A stretch of 64,000 bases of DNA from an uncultured cyanobacterium (GCA_963793425.1 CAWCAG010000009.1:928001-992000); one strand, 5' to 3'. Shown: positions 19,386 to 29,392, numbered from the stretch's first letter. Translations and numbers: made by a program. Notes: a model not told the origin generated them from the letters alone.

Positions 19386-21152
19386 ATGGTTAGCAATACA
19401 TTTACAAATCAATCATCTTTGGGCAGTAAACCCCGCGACGTAAAAGTAGTTCCCATTGCCAGAGAGACAACTTTATTGCGATCGCGGACTTGGGACAGGT
19501 TGAAGTTTGAGATTGAATATGCTTTGGGGAAAGGGACAACAGCTAATTCTTATTTGATTCAAGGGGATAAGATTGCTATTTTAGATCCTCCAGGGGAATC
19601 TTTTACTGAGATTTATTTGGCAGCGCTACAAAGACATCTCGATCCGAAAACTATTGATTATGTAATTCTGGGCCATGTCAACCCCAATCGGGGAGAAACT
19701 CTTAAGGCTTTATTAAAAATTGCCCCACAAATAACTTTTGTTGCTTCTAATCCTGGGGCGATCGCCTTAAGTAAAGTTTTGGAGAATCAGAAGTTAATCA
19801 TCGAAGTAATTAAAAAAGGAGACACCCTCGATTTAGGGCAAGAACATCACCTCGAATTTCTCCTCACTCCTACACCCCGTTGGCCCGATTCTCTCTGTAC
19901 CTACGACCCCAAAACCGCAGTCCTTTACACCGATAAATTCTTTGGTTCCCATGTTTGTGGTGATCAGGTTTTGGATGAAGGGTGGCAAGTTTATGCAGAA
20001 GATCGTCGTTACTATTTTGATAGTCTCATGGCTCCCTACGCTAAGCAAGTGGAGACAGCCTTAGAAAAGTTTGCTACCAAACCCGCTAAACTTTATGCTA
20101 CAGGTCATGGGCCTTTAGTTAGGTATGGTTTCACGGAATTAACTTCTCTTTATCAAGAGTGGGTGAAAAAGCAGCGTACCCAAGAATTAAGCGTTGCCCT
20201 CCTCTATGCTTCTGCCTATGGCAACACCGCAACTTTGGCACAGGCGATCGCCAATGGTATTACTAAAGCTGGGGTGGGGGTAGAATCTCTTAATTGCGAA
20301 TCAGCCGAACCCGAAGAGATTAAAGCTGCAGTGGAAAAGTCCGCTGGTTTCATTATGGGTTCCCCAACTTTGGGAGGTCATGCCCCAACCCAGGTGCAAA
20401 CTGCATTAGGTATTGTCCTTTCCACAGCCGACAAAACTAAGTTAGCAGGGGTATTTGGTTCCTTTGGTTGGAGTGGAGAAGCTATTGATTTATTGGAACA
20501 GAAATTCAAAGATGGCGGTTATCGCTTTGGTTTTGACCCCATTCGGGTTAAATTTAAACCCACGGATGTTGTTTTGAAAACTTGTGAAGAAGCGGGAACA
20601 GACTTTGCCCAAGCTTTGAAGAAAGCCAGAAAACGGGCCGAAGCAGCAGCGAAGAAGACAGCGGGTAGCACCTCTCAACAGGCAGATAGGACAGAACAAG
20701 CATTAGGTCGGGTTGTGGGTTCTCTTTGTGTGGTAACTACCAAGCAAGGAGAGTTGCAAGGGGGAATGTTGGCTTCTTGGGTATCCCAAGCTACTTTTAA
20801 TCCCCCCGGTTTAACCGTTGCTGTGGCAAAGGATCGGGCGATTGAATCTTTGTTGCATAGTGGCAATACTTTTGTGCTGAATATCCTTGCAGAAGGTGAA
20901 CATTTAGGAATGATGAAGCATTTCCTCAAGCCTTTTAGTCCTGGGGAAGATCGTTTTGCTGATGTGGAGACGGAGGCGACAGAGAATGGTAATCCGATTC
21001 TCAAAGATGCTTTAGCTTATGTTGAATGTAGTGTAGAGAGTCGCATGGAGTGTGGCGATCATTGGTTGATTTATGGGGTAGCAAAAGAAGGTAATTTACT
21101 TGGTGATGGGATTACGGCAGTGCATCATCGTAAGTCGGGGAGTCATTATTGA
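19386..21152 (+). CDS. Flavodiiron protein, Flv1/Flv2 type (non-canonical iron ligands)
   Basis: Metallo-beta-lactamase-like domain with HVNPNR, flavodoxin (SAYGNT) and C-terminal flavin reductase (ECGDH..HHRKSG). Confidence 0.9.
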   Translation: MVSNTFTNQSSLGSKPRDVKVVPIARETTLLRSRTWDRLKFEIEYALGKGTTANSYLIQGDKIAILDPPGESFTEIYLAALQRHLDPKTIDYVILGHVNPNRGETLKALLKIAPQITFVASNPGAIALSKVLENQKLIIEVIKKGDTLDLGQEHHLEFLLTPTPRWPDSLCTYDPKTAVLYTDKFFGSHVCGDQVLDEGWQVYAEDRRYYFDSLMAPYAKQVETALEKFATKPAKLYATGHGPLVRYGFTELTSLYQEWVKKQRTQELSVALLYASAYGNTATLAQAIANGITKAGVGVESLNCESAEPEEIKAAVEKSAGFIMGSPTLGGHAPTQVQTALGIVLSTADKTKLAGVFGSFGWSGEAIDLLEQKFKDGGYRFGFDPIRVKFKPTDVVLKTCEEAGTDFAQALKKARKRAEAAAKKTAGSTSQQADRTEQALGRVVGSLCVVTTKQGELQGGMLASWVSQATFNPPGLTVAVAKDRAIESLLHSGNTFVLNILAEGEHLGMMKHFLKPFSPGEDRFADVETEATENGNPILKDALAYVECSVESRMECGDHWLIYGVAKEGNLLGDGITAVHHRKSGSHY

Positions 21153-21209
21153 TTTGTATATTTTCAGGATCTTACCCCCATACCTTTAAAATTCGTTTAA
21201 GCAAAACTG

Positions 21210-23147
21210 CTACAACAGACACTCTATACACTTACCGACATACTCCCGATACTCCAAATATTCTTGTTTTGTAACCTCCCAAGCTAGGCTTTTGGTCGAA
21301 CCAGGATGAGAAATACTATTGGAATTTCTACGATCAAACAAATTTCTTATCTTAGTACATATCTCATTTTGGATATTGTTTAAACGTAAAAATTTGAATA
21401 CATCGTTGACATCGTAGTCTTTTTGTTTTGATTTTTCCTGCTTAATGCAAATAGCATGGATTTCATTAACTAGATGGTTAAGGGCAACTGAATAGGATTC
21501 ACTCTTTTCACTCAAGATTCTTAGTCTAGTTTGCTCTATCACTTCAGGCATTTGTGATAGCTCTTTCATTTTCATACAACTTAATTTGTAGTATCCAGGT
21601 GTTTCACAATTAGATTTTTTGCCCATAAATACATCAACAATATTTTTCATCTGAACATTTTGTTTAAGCTTTTCAAGAAGAAGACTATTAGAAAAATTAG
21701 TCTGACATAGAAACTTTATAATTAAATCAGCATCGCCCGTAGTAATAATAGACTTCTTCAGACAAAAATTTTCAAATTCGTTTTTTGTTGTCTCATCTTT
21801 CAGTAAAATGATTAATATTTCGAGTGCCTGTATTTTAACTAGATCGAAATTGAAGTTCTCAAAAATCTGCTTTAGTTTACTTCTGTTTTCTGGTTTATCA
21901 AGTATTTGCTCCACGCTTTTGTCTAAAAATTTTTGAAGAATTTCCTTTTGTGCAGAATTCTCTTTAACAATATACTCTTCAACTCTAAATTGTTTGATTT
22001 TTTCTAGCTCATCAAATATATTATCAAGCTTATCCTGGGGCGTTTCGGTAGAGGATTTAGCTTCTTTCTCTTCCTTTTCAAAACTCTGGCTAGAACCATT
22101 GAGCGACGATTTGCGTATGTCCTTAAGCAGTTGCTCTTTTTCTTCTTTGTCTGATAGATGATATAGCTTAGTTTTTGATGAATTTAGCTTGAGACCAAGC
22201 TCACTATATAAAGACTCAGCAATTTGAGAAGAAACGAGATGAATCAGTGAACATTGATAATCTTGATCAATATTTCGATTAAATGTTATGGAGATAAATA
22301 TGTCATCAGTGTATCTAATAATTTTGTGTGAATTAATATCATCTTTATAACTTACTAAAATATCATCTACAACTAAATCTCCGAAAACCAAATATAAATA
22401 ACCAATAAAGCTAGAAATAATGTCGTTGTCTGATTGAGGAATCCCCGACTTGCCATTTGATATAAACTGAAACAAACTAATAATTTGTTCTCTTGTAAAG
22501 ATATCGTAGTTCATATTTTTTTGAGTAGTAGGTTTAATATAACGACTCAAAAAGTGAAGTAATTTGGGGATTGGTAACTCATTAAAATAATTTTCTATAT
22601 CAAGTTTTATAGTTACCTTATTTGAATTATCCGATGTAGTTTCTTCTTTGATTTTCGAGAGATATTCTTGATGAAAACTGCGATGGTAAATGTTTTTAGG
22701 GCTAAGTTGAAGTTTTTCAGATTTATAATGAAGATGGCCACCATAAAAAGAACATATATTTTTATTCTTTTTATAAATCTCAAGTAAAAACTCTTGGGAG
22801 AGCTTGAGTAAATAGAGTCCAACAGTATAATATACTACTCTCATTGGATAAGTGAAAAATTTGAAATCTCTCAATCCAAGACCTGATTTAGGTATAACGT
22901 ATGAAAACACAGAAAACTCTTTCTCTAAAGCATAAAAAAGGCTGCTTGCAATTTTCGTGTTGAAGTAATCATCTGTTTCTTGATTTATGCAATCTGCATT
23001 AATACTTTCATAATAAAACATACTAAGAGTATTAAAATGTCTGTTATTCGTTTTCTGTTTTATCTGAAAATTCAGAAGCTCTAAAGCATCTCGCCAGAGA
23101 CTAAAATCAACAAAATAGCCAAGTTGCGTTTTATTACTACTGCTCAT
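21210..23147 (-). CDS. AbiA-like abortive-infection reverse transcriptase with C-terminal HEPN motif
   Basis: RT motifs IPK..GLR, KLDIENYF, GIPQ, IRYTDD, GLKLNSSKT; C-terminal RNSNSISH (R-x6-H); SD AAGGAG just before the ATG. Confidence 0.85.
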   Translation of the reverse strand: MSSSNKTQLGYFVDFSLWRDALELLNFQIKQKTNNRHFNTLSMFYYESINADCINQETDDYFNTKIASSLFYALEKEFSVFSYVIPKSGLGLRDFKFFTYPMRVVYYTVGLYLLKLSQEFLLEIYKKNKNICSFYGGHLHYKSEKLQLSPKNIYHRSFHQEYLSKIKEETTSDNSNKVTIKLDIENYFNELPIPKLLHFLSRYIKPTTQKNMNYDIFTREQIISLFQFISNGKSGIPQSDNDIISSFIGYLYLVFGDLVVDDILVSYKDDINSHKIIRYTDDIFISITFNRNIDQDYQCSLIHLVSSQIAESLYSELGLKLNSSKTKLYHLSDKEEKEQLLKDIRKSSLNGSSQSFEKEEKEAKSSTETPQDKLDNIFDELEKIKQFRVEEYIVKENSAQKEILQKFLDKSVEQILDKPENRSKLKQIFENFNFDLVKIQALEILIILLKDETTKNEFENFCLKKSIITTGDADLIIKFLCQTNFSNSLLLEKLKQNVQMKNIVDVFMGKKSNCETPGYYKLSCMKMKELSQMPEVIEQTRLRILSEKSESYSVALNHLVNEIHAICIKQEKSKQKDYDVNDVFKFLRLNNIQNEICTKIRNLFDRRNSNSISHPGSTKSLAWEVTKQEYLEYREYVGKCIECLL

Positions 23148-23350
23148 TACTCCTTAATTTGGTATAAAATCATCTTTGGTCTAAGATACTTACCTTACAG
23201 CGCTATTTCCCTACTAAGAAATTGCTTGACAAAGTAAGTATAGTTTTTTGTATCCCTATCACAGCAGAACTTAAAAACAATAAGCAATTTTAGCTTCAAA
23301 AGAACAATTGTAAATAAAAGGAGAATAATAAGTTGCGATCACCCTAGAGT

Positions 23351-23536
23351 TTAGATAAGTTTCGAGTCCAGTGATTGGTTAGACCAGCGTTTAATTGGCA
23401 GCTTCGCTAGTTTATGTTTATTAGCCATCTGTCTCTTTTGCAAATCCTTGAACATAGCCTTCAAATCATATTGAAAAGAGCGAGCATATTCTTCCCTATA
23501 TTGATAAATTTCTTCTAGAATCTCATTTTTATACAT
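23351..23536 (-). CDS. Small protein downstream of a PIN toxin, putative antitoxin
   Basis: EILEEIYQYREEYARSFQYDLKAMFKDL pattern typical of partners of these PIN genes; 3 bp from the PIN stop. Confidence 0.65.
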   Translation of the reverse strand: MYKNEILEEIYQYREEYARSFQYDLKAMFKDLQKRQMANKHKLAKLPIKRWSNQSLDSKLI

Positions 23537-23539
23537 AGT

Positions 23540-23942
23540 TTAAGTCTCCCAGTTATATCCTATAAGCTCGTAAGGTGTACAAATAATTGGTAACATAAAC
23601 CCAAGTCCAGAGCTAATCTGAGATAGCTTGCGCTGAATTTGAGCGTTTGCCATATGCTTACAATTCCATGTTAGTAGATAGTCCAAGCCATAAACTGTTG
23701 CTAATGCCATGTGTAGACTATCATTAGATGCTTTTGGAGGAAGATTACTTTGGCTTAAAAATGCCTGTGCAAGTTCTAAAGCCTCCTCTGTAATCTCCAG
23801 GAAATTTAAAGGCTGCAACAGACTTAACCTTTGAGATAAAATTGTAGGATCTCCCTTAGCTGCTTCATCTTCAACAAGTTGCGATGCGTAAAGCGTGAAT
23901 GAATTACTATATTCCTCCCACCAATCTTGCGTAACCTTTCCT
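23540..23942 (-). pseudogene. 5'-truncated PIN/VapC-family toxin
   Basis: Frame extends upstream as KVTQDWWE..LYASQLVEDEAAKGD to an in-frame TAA with no start; keeps DSLH and LLTWNCKHMAN but lacks the usual VYIETS-type N-terminus. Confidence 0.75.
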
Positions 23943-24049
23943 TAAAGCTAGATAGTCTAGAAATACGTAAATATTATAAATCATTTGTACTACTATAGGT
24001 TGGCGATCGCACCAAGAAAATCATGCCCTCAACTCACGCTTAGCCCGAA

Positions 24050-24403
24050 TTGCTTGAAGTTTTTTCCAAGCCGATTCCTAGTAATTTGCAAGAGCTTTAT
24101 CCAGCAGTGGGGAATGACAAAACCCTGAATATATGGCGAGAAGAATGGGAAGAGTTTAAAAAACAAGGTATTGAACTTCTGCGATCGCGACAAAAAAAAG
24201 CTCTTCAAGTAGGGGTAAGGGCAGATTATCATCAAGTTACAGGTAGTCCGGGTAAAACTATTTGTGACTTGGCTGGGGGAGAAGAAGCTGATTTAATTGT
24301 GGTAGGACATCGAGGACGTAGTGGTTTGACAGAGATAATTTTAGGTAGCGTCAGCAGTTATGTTTTGCACCATGCGTCTTGTTCAGTACTGATGGTGCAG
24401 TGA
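24050..24403 (+). pseudogene. Universal stress protein, apparently 5'-truncated
   Basis: ADLIVVGHRGRSGLTEIILGSVSSYVLHHA present; N-terminal KILVA strand absent and no ATG start. Confidence 0.7.
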
Positions 24404-24420
24404 GTTGTTTAAGTAATAAG

Positions 24421-24514
24421 TATAGCGATTCTTAGGCTAGTGAGGTACAGCCTGGTTTTTGCTAGTGGCTAGTGGCTAGTGGAAATGTACCTCATCAGTC
24501 CGAGAAAGGCTATA
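24421..24514. repeat. Short palindromic dispersed element (MITE-like) with internal GCTAGTG heptamers
   Basis: TATAGCGATTCTTAGGCTAGTGAGGTACA ... TGTACCTCATCAGTCCGAGAAAGGCTATA imperfect terminal inverted repeats. Confidence 0.7.
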
Positions 24515-24534
24515 AATTAAATGCTTGCTACTTA

Positions 24535-25863
24535 TCATTGCAAAACCCTTGCTTTCTTCGGCAAAGAAATAATAAACTCTGTATAAGCACCAGACTCTGT
24601 TTCAACAATCAGATTTCCCCCATGTTGCCCAACAATTATTTCATGGGTTAAAGATAATCCTAATCCTGTTCCTTCTCCGGTTGGTTTAGTTGTGAAGAAA
24701 GGTTCAAAAACCTTCTCTACGATCTCATCGGGAATGCCTGCACCATTATCACGGATGCTGATTTCTACTGCTTTGGAGTGATTTTTAGTTTTGATCCATA
24801 ACTTGGGTGCAAAGGGTTCTCCTTGTTGAAGATAATGGCTCCAGGCTGCATAACAGGCATTATCAATCAGGTTGATGAAAGCCCGACTTAAAGAAGCAGA
24901 AAATAGTTCTAATTCTCCAATGGATTCGTCATATACAGTGACAAAGGTGACATTGAAGCTATTATCTAAACTTCTTCTGCTGTGATAAGCTAATTGCCGA
25001 GCTTCATCAACTAATCTATTGAGGTGGGTTTTTTGGCAGTACCTATCATCGCTACGGGCATGTTGCATCATGTTACGAATAGTGCTAGCTGCCCTTTGTC
25101 CGTGGGTTTGAATAGCGATCGCATTATTTTTAATATCAGTGGCGATTTCTTGGCATTCTCTTAAGCTTTCCGGAGTGAAAGAATCTGCTTCTCTTGCTAA
25201 AATTTCTAGCAATTCTCCCCCTAATTCTGCTGAACCTTCTGCATAGTTGTTAACAAAGTTGAGGGGGTTGCGTAATTCGTGGGCAACTCCTGCGGTTAAA
25301 GCTCCTAAAGAAGCAAGTTTCTCTTGGGAAATGAGTTGCTGTTGGACTGCTTGGAGTTCTAAAGTTCTTGCTTCCACCTTGTCTTCTAGGGTTTGGACAT
25401 AAACTTCTAGTTGTTTTTGGGCTTTTTCAAGGGCTTGGGTGCGATCGCTCACTTTTTGTTCTAGAGAGCGCGTCAGTTGGCTTAGCTTCAGGTGGAGGTT
25501 GATGCGTGCGATTACTTCCCCTTGTGCAAAAGGTTTGGTTATATAATCTACTGCTCCTAATGATAATCCTTTGACCTTACTATCTACATCTGTTAAAGCA
25601 GTCATGAAAATGATGGGAATGTTTGCGGTTGCGGGGTTGGCTTGGAGGCGGCGACAGGTTTCAAAGCCACCAATTCCTGGCATCATCACATCTAATAAAA
25701 TTAAGGAAACCGCAACGTAGTTAAGTTGTTCTAGGGCTGCTTCTCCAGTGGTGGCGATCGCAAATTCAAAACCAGCATCGGTTAACGTGTCTGATAAAAT
25801 TTCTAAGTTATGAGGACTATCATCAACAATTAGGATAATGTTAGATGGTTGGATTGCATTCAT
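24535..25863 (-). CDS. REC-histidine kinase hybrid
   Basis: N-terminal REC domain; EKLASLG..AHELRNPL H-box; N, G1, F and G2 boxes. Confidence 0.93.
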   Translation of the reverse strand: MNAIQPSNIILIVDDSPHNLEILSDTLTDAGFEFAIATTGEAALEQLNYVAVSLILLDVMMPGIGGFETCRRLQANPATANIPIIFMTALTDVDSKVKGLSLGAVDYITKPFAQGEVIARINLHLKLSQLTRSLEQKVSDRTQALEKAQKQLEVYVQTLEDKVEARTLELQAVQQQLISQEKLASLGALTAGVAHELRNPLNFVNNYAEGSAELGGELLEILAREADSFTPESLRECQEIATDIKNNAIAIQTHGQRAASTIRNMMQHARSDDRYCQKTHLNRLVDEARQLAYHSRRSLDNSFNVTFVTVYDESIGELELFSASLSRAFINLIDNACYAAWSHYLQQGEPFAPKLWIKTKNHSKAVEISIRDNGAGIPDEIVEKVFEPFFTTKPTGEGTGLGLSLTHEIIVGQHGGNLIVETESGAYTEFIISLPKKARVLQ

Positions 25864-25867
25864 GCTC

Positions 25868-28800
25868 TTATCTTCCAGGAGTTGAAGTCTCTATCGCTTG
25901 AGCCAAATAAGTTTGAATCTTTTTGACTTGGAATGTTTTTGCCAAAGCAGTTAAATCCCGAATAAATGGCTGATAACATTTATCTAATTCCGCCAACTCA
26001 GTAAGTTCGTTTTTGATACCTTGTATACGTCCTTGTAAAGATAATTCATGTAAGGTTTTGAGTAAGGCTTGGGGTGGTAAAATCAATTCTGTTGAATCTG
26101 AAGCAGCAGTTAGAGATTTCTCTGTCCCTGAGCTAGTTTCATACACCCATTGTAATTGCAAGCACCTCTCCAAAAGCTTAAGTAGCTCAACAATATCTAT
26201 GGGTTTAGGTAAAAAAGCTTTAGCGCCATAATCTAAACTTTTATGCTGGTTACTTTGGAAAACATCAGCAGAGCAAACAATAATTGGGATCTCCTTTAGT
26301 CGGGGAATTTGAGCCATCTGGGCCATAAGTTCATAGCCATTCATAACAGGCATCATCAAGTCTATAATCATTAAATCAGGAACAAGAGTTTGGGCTTTGG
26401 TTAATGTTTCTTCGCCATTTTGCGCTTCTATCAGTTCAAAACCCAAAGGTTCAAGATAATTGATGATAACTGAGCGATTCTCCCAATGGTCATCTACTAC
26501 TAAAATTGTTAATTTGGCCCCCACGTAGCTAACTATTTTCCCTTTGGAGGGTGATGTTGAGCTTGTTGCCCACTCCTTTGCTTCAGGCAATTCCACATCA
26601 AACCAAAAGTTACTACCCTGCCCAGGTATGCTTTCAAGTTCTAGCTTACTTGCCATCATAGAGACAATTTGAGTACTAATAGCTAATCCTAAACCAGTTC
26701 CTTGAGATTGTTTTTTACTATCGCCAACCTGTTCAAAAGGTTGGAAGATTTTCTCCATCTGTTCCGATGTCATACCTACCCCTGTGTCTTCCACTTGGAA
26801 ACGCAATCGGATCTTGCCTTGATCTTTCCCTAACATCATCACCTTGAAAGTTACGACACCTCGGTCAGTAAACTTAATCCCATTACCAAGCAGGTTAATA
26901 AGAACTTGCCGCAAGCGTTTTTCATCAACTAATATCCCTGTAGGTATTTCATTGTCTAGTTGGTAGTTAAACAAAATTTCTTTTTGTTCTGCACGGATGC
27001 AACAAATCTCGGCAATGCCTTCAATGAAGCCGGAGAAGTGAATTTCTGTAGGGTGCAATTCCATTTTGCGGGCTTCAATTTTCGCAATGTCAAGTACATC
27101 ATTAATGAGGTTAAGCAGATGTTCACCGCATTGGTAAATAATTTCAATACCTTTTTGGCTATGTTGGGATAAAGAATCTTCTCGCCGTAGAATTTGGGCA
27201 TAACCGAGAATGCCATTCAGGGGAGTACGTAACTCATGACTCATATTCGCCAGGAATTCACTTTTTGCTTTGTTGGCAAAATCAGCTTTTTCCTTCGCTT
27301 CCGCTAATTCCACATTCAAATGCAGCAAGTCTTCCTCAGCTTTTTTACGCTCAGTAATATCTTGAAAAGTTCCCAAAATACCGATTACAGTACCTTGAGA
27401 ATCGTGCAATGGTATTTTGTTAGTTTCCTGCCAAGTTTGTTGACCACTGGCTTGATATTGGGTTTCAATAATTCCTAGTTCAGGAGTATCAGAGTTCATT
27501 ACCAGGCGATCGCACTCACGAAACCAGTCGGACTCTGTTTCTTTCCAAGGTAAATCGTAGTCAGATTTACCAAAAATCTCTTCAGGAGAATCAACTCCAG
27601 CTATCTCAGCAAATCTCTGATTACAGCCAAGATAAACAAAATTACAATCTTTCCAAAAAACACACTGAGGAACTGAATCAATAAGCAGTTGTAAAAATCT
27701 CTGGGATTCTTTTAGTTCAACATTCAAACGCTGTAAGTTCTCCTCAGATTTTTTACGCTCAGTAACATCTTGAAAGGTTCCCAAAATACCGATTACAGTA
27801 CCTTGAGAATCGTGCAATGGTATTTTGTTAGTTTCTAGCCAACTTTGTTTACCATTAGCTTGATATTGAGTTTCTATAATTCCTAGTTCAGGAGTATCAG
27901 ACTCCATTACCCGGCGATCCCACTCACGATACCGATCAGCATCTGCTTTTTCCACAGCTAAATCATAGTCAGATTTACTAAAAATTTCTTCAGGAGAATC
28001 AACTCCAGCTATCTCAGCAAATCTCTGATTACAGCCAAGATAGACAGAAGCACGATCTTTCCAAAAAACACACTCCGGAATTGAATTAATAAGTAGCTGT
28101 AAAAACTTCCGAGAGTCTTTTAATTCAGTGTTTAAACTCTGTAAGGCCTCCTCAGATTTTTTACGCTCAGTAACATCTTGAAAGGTTCCTAAGATACCAA
28201 TCACTTTGCCTTGAGCATCATGTAAAGGTACTTTGTTGGTTTCTAGCCAAGTTTGTTTACCATTAGCTTGATATTGTGGTTCAACAATTCCTAGTTCAGG
28301 AGTATCAGACTCCATCACCCGGCGATCCCACTCACGAAACCAATCAGACTCTGCTTTTTTCCAAGGTAAATCATAATCAGATTTACCAATAATTTCTTCA
28401 GGAGAATTGAGTCCAGCTACTTTAGCAATTTTGTGGTTGCAGCCTAGAAAAATAGAATTGCAATCTTTCCAAAAAACAAACTGAGGAACTGAATCAATAA
28501 TTAGCTGTAAAAACTTCCGTGAGTCTTCCAGTTCTTGAGTTCGTTCTACAACTCTATTTTCCAAGGTTTGGGAATAGTCTGCCAATTTTTTAAATGATTC
28601 TTGAAGCTGTTTGGCCATAATGTTAAAAGATTTAGCCAGTTCTCCAAATTCATCTTGGCGTTCTGTGGGTAAGCGTTGTTCCCAATTACCCAGCGCTAGT
28701 TGTTTAGCAGCATTGTTAAGCTGTAATGTGGGCTGAATAACTAGCGATCGCGCCAGCCACCAAACCACAAAAACGGTTCCCCCTAAGACAACCACAAAAA

Positions 28801-29392
28801 TTAAAATAGCGATCATTCCTGCTTGAATTTCTCGCTGAATAACTGAGGTGGCATCAAGTTCAATAACTAAAATACCATCAGTTCTACCAAAATTATCTTG
28901 AATTGGTGCATAGCCGTGCAGGACTAATTCTCCTGCTTCATTACGCCGGAATTTCTCTTCTACAAAGGACTGAGTAAATGAACTATCTTTTAAACGTTTA
29001 GGAACATAACTTGCTACATCACCAACTTGTACTTGAGCAGTTTCTGGGGCAGAGTTGTAATTCAGCACATAGGTAAAACGATTTTTAGAGTCGGAGCGAA
29101 GTGTATAAATTCGTTTAATATCTTGACTGGTAGCTTGAATCTTTTTCAGTGCAGTTTGATTGATGGTGTAATAGGGTGTTTGTTGATCTTTTGGGGATAC
29201 AACTAGACTATGGTAATCAGTGTCTATTTGTGGCACTGCAAGGTTGACGGTTTGTAAGAGGCGATCACGAATACTTTGGCGCTGACTTGAGCGCAATTGC
29301 CAGTACATTACCGATGATAATGCCCCTGCTGTTAAGGCAATGACTAGAGAATAAGAAGCAACAACCTTTGTACCGAGTTTCCAATGCTGCAT
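25868..29392 (-). CDS. Membrane hybrid sensor kinase: periplasmic sensor, HAMP, 3xPAS, HisKA/HATPase, REC
   Basis: Two TM helices, HAMP, three PAS repeats, SHELRTPL, REC. Confidence 0.93.
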   Translation of the reverse strand: MQHWKLGTKVVASYSLVIALTAGALSSVMYWQLRSSQRQSIRDRLLQTVNLAVPQIDTDYHSLVVSPKDQQTPYYTINQTALKKIQATSQDIKRIYTLRSDSKNRFTYVLNYNSAPETAQVQVGDVASYVPKRLKDSSFTQSFVEEKFRRNEAGELVLHGYAPIQDNFGRTDGILVIELDATSVIQREIQAGMIAILIFVVVLGGTVFVVWWLARSLVIQPTLQLNNAAKQLALGNWEQRLPTERQDEFGELAKSFNIMAKQLQESFKKLADYSQTLENRVVERTQELEDSRKFLQLIIDSVPQFVFWKDCNSIFLGCNHKIAKVAGLNSPEEIIGKSDYDLPWKKAESDWFREWDRRVMESDTPELGIVEPQYQANGKQTWLETNKVPLHDAQGKVIGILGTFQDVTERKKSEEALQSLNTELKDSRKFLQLLINSIPECVFWKDRASVYLGCNQRFAEIAGVDSPEEIFSKSDYDLAVEKADADRYREWDRRVMESDTPELGIIETQYQANGKQSWLETNKIPLHDSQGTVIGILGTFQDVTERKKSEENLQRLNVELKESQRFLQLLIDSVPQCVFWKDCNFVYLGCNQRFAEIAGVDSPEEIFGKSDYDLPWKETESDWFRECDRLVMNSDTPELGIIETQYQASGQQTWQETNKIPLHDSQGTVIGILGTFQDITERKKAEEDLLHLNVELAEAKEKADFANKAKSEFLANMSHELRTPLNGILGYAQILRREDSLSQHSQKGIEIIYQCGEHLLNLINDVLDIAKIEARKMELHPTEIHFSGFIEGIAEICCIRAEQKEILFNYQLDNEIPTGILVDEKRLRQVLINLLGNGIKFTDRGVVTFKVMMLGKDQGKIRLRFQVEDTGVGMTSEQMEKIFQPFEQVGDSKKQSQGTGLGLAISTQIVSMMASKLELESIPGQGSNFWFDVELPEAKEWATSSTSPSKGKIVSYVGAKLTILVVDDHWENRSVIINYLEPLGFELIEAQNGEETLTKAQTLVPDLMIIDLMMPVMNGYELMAQMAQIPRLKEIPIIVCSADVFQSNQHKSLDYGAKAFLPKPIDIVELLKLLERCLQLQWVYETSSGTEKSLTAASDSTELILPPQALLKTLHELSLQGRIQGIKNELTELAELDKCYQPFIRDLTALAKTFQVKKIQTYLAQAIETSTPGR
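27320..28530 (-). repeat. Three tandem 408-bp PAS-encoding repeats
   Basis: ACGCTCAGTAA anchor at 27347, 27755 and 28163 (408-bp spacing). Confidence 0.85.

Noticed and set aside
21210..23350. RT as a group II intron, DGR or retron
   Set aside because: No YADD/maturase or domain V, no TR/VR pair or Avd, no VTG motif or clear msr-msd a1/a2 repeats; the HEPN-type tail fits AbiA better.
23330..23390. attC-like GTCTAAC at the end of the antitoxin gene
   Set aside because: No matching GTTRRRY end or complete attC hairpin, and no integrase in the window.
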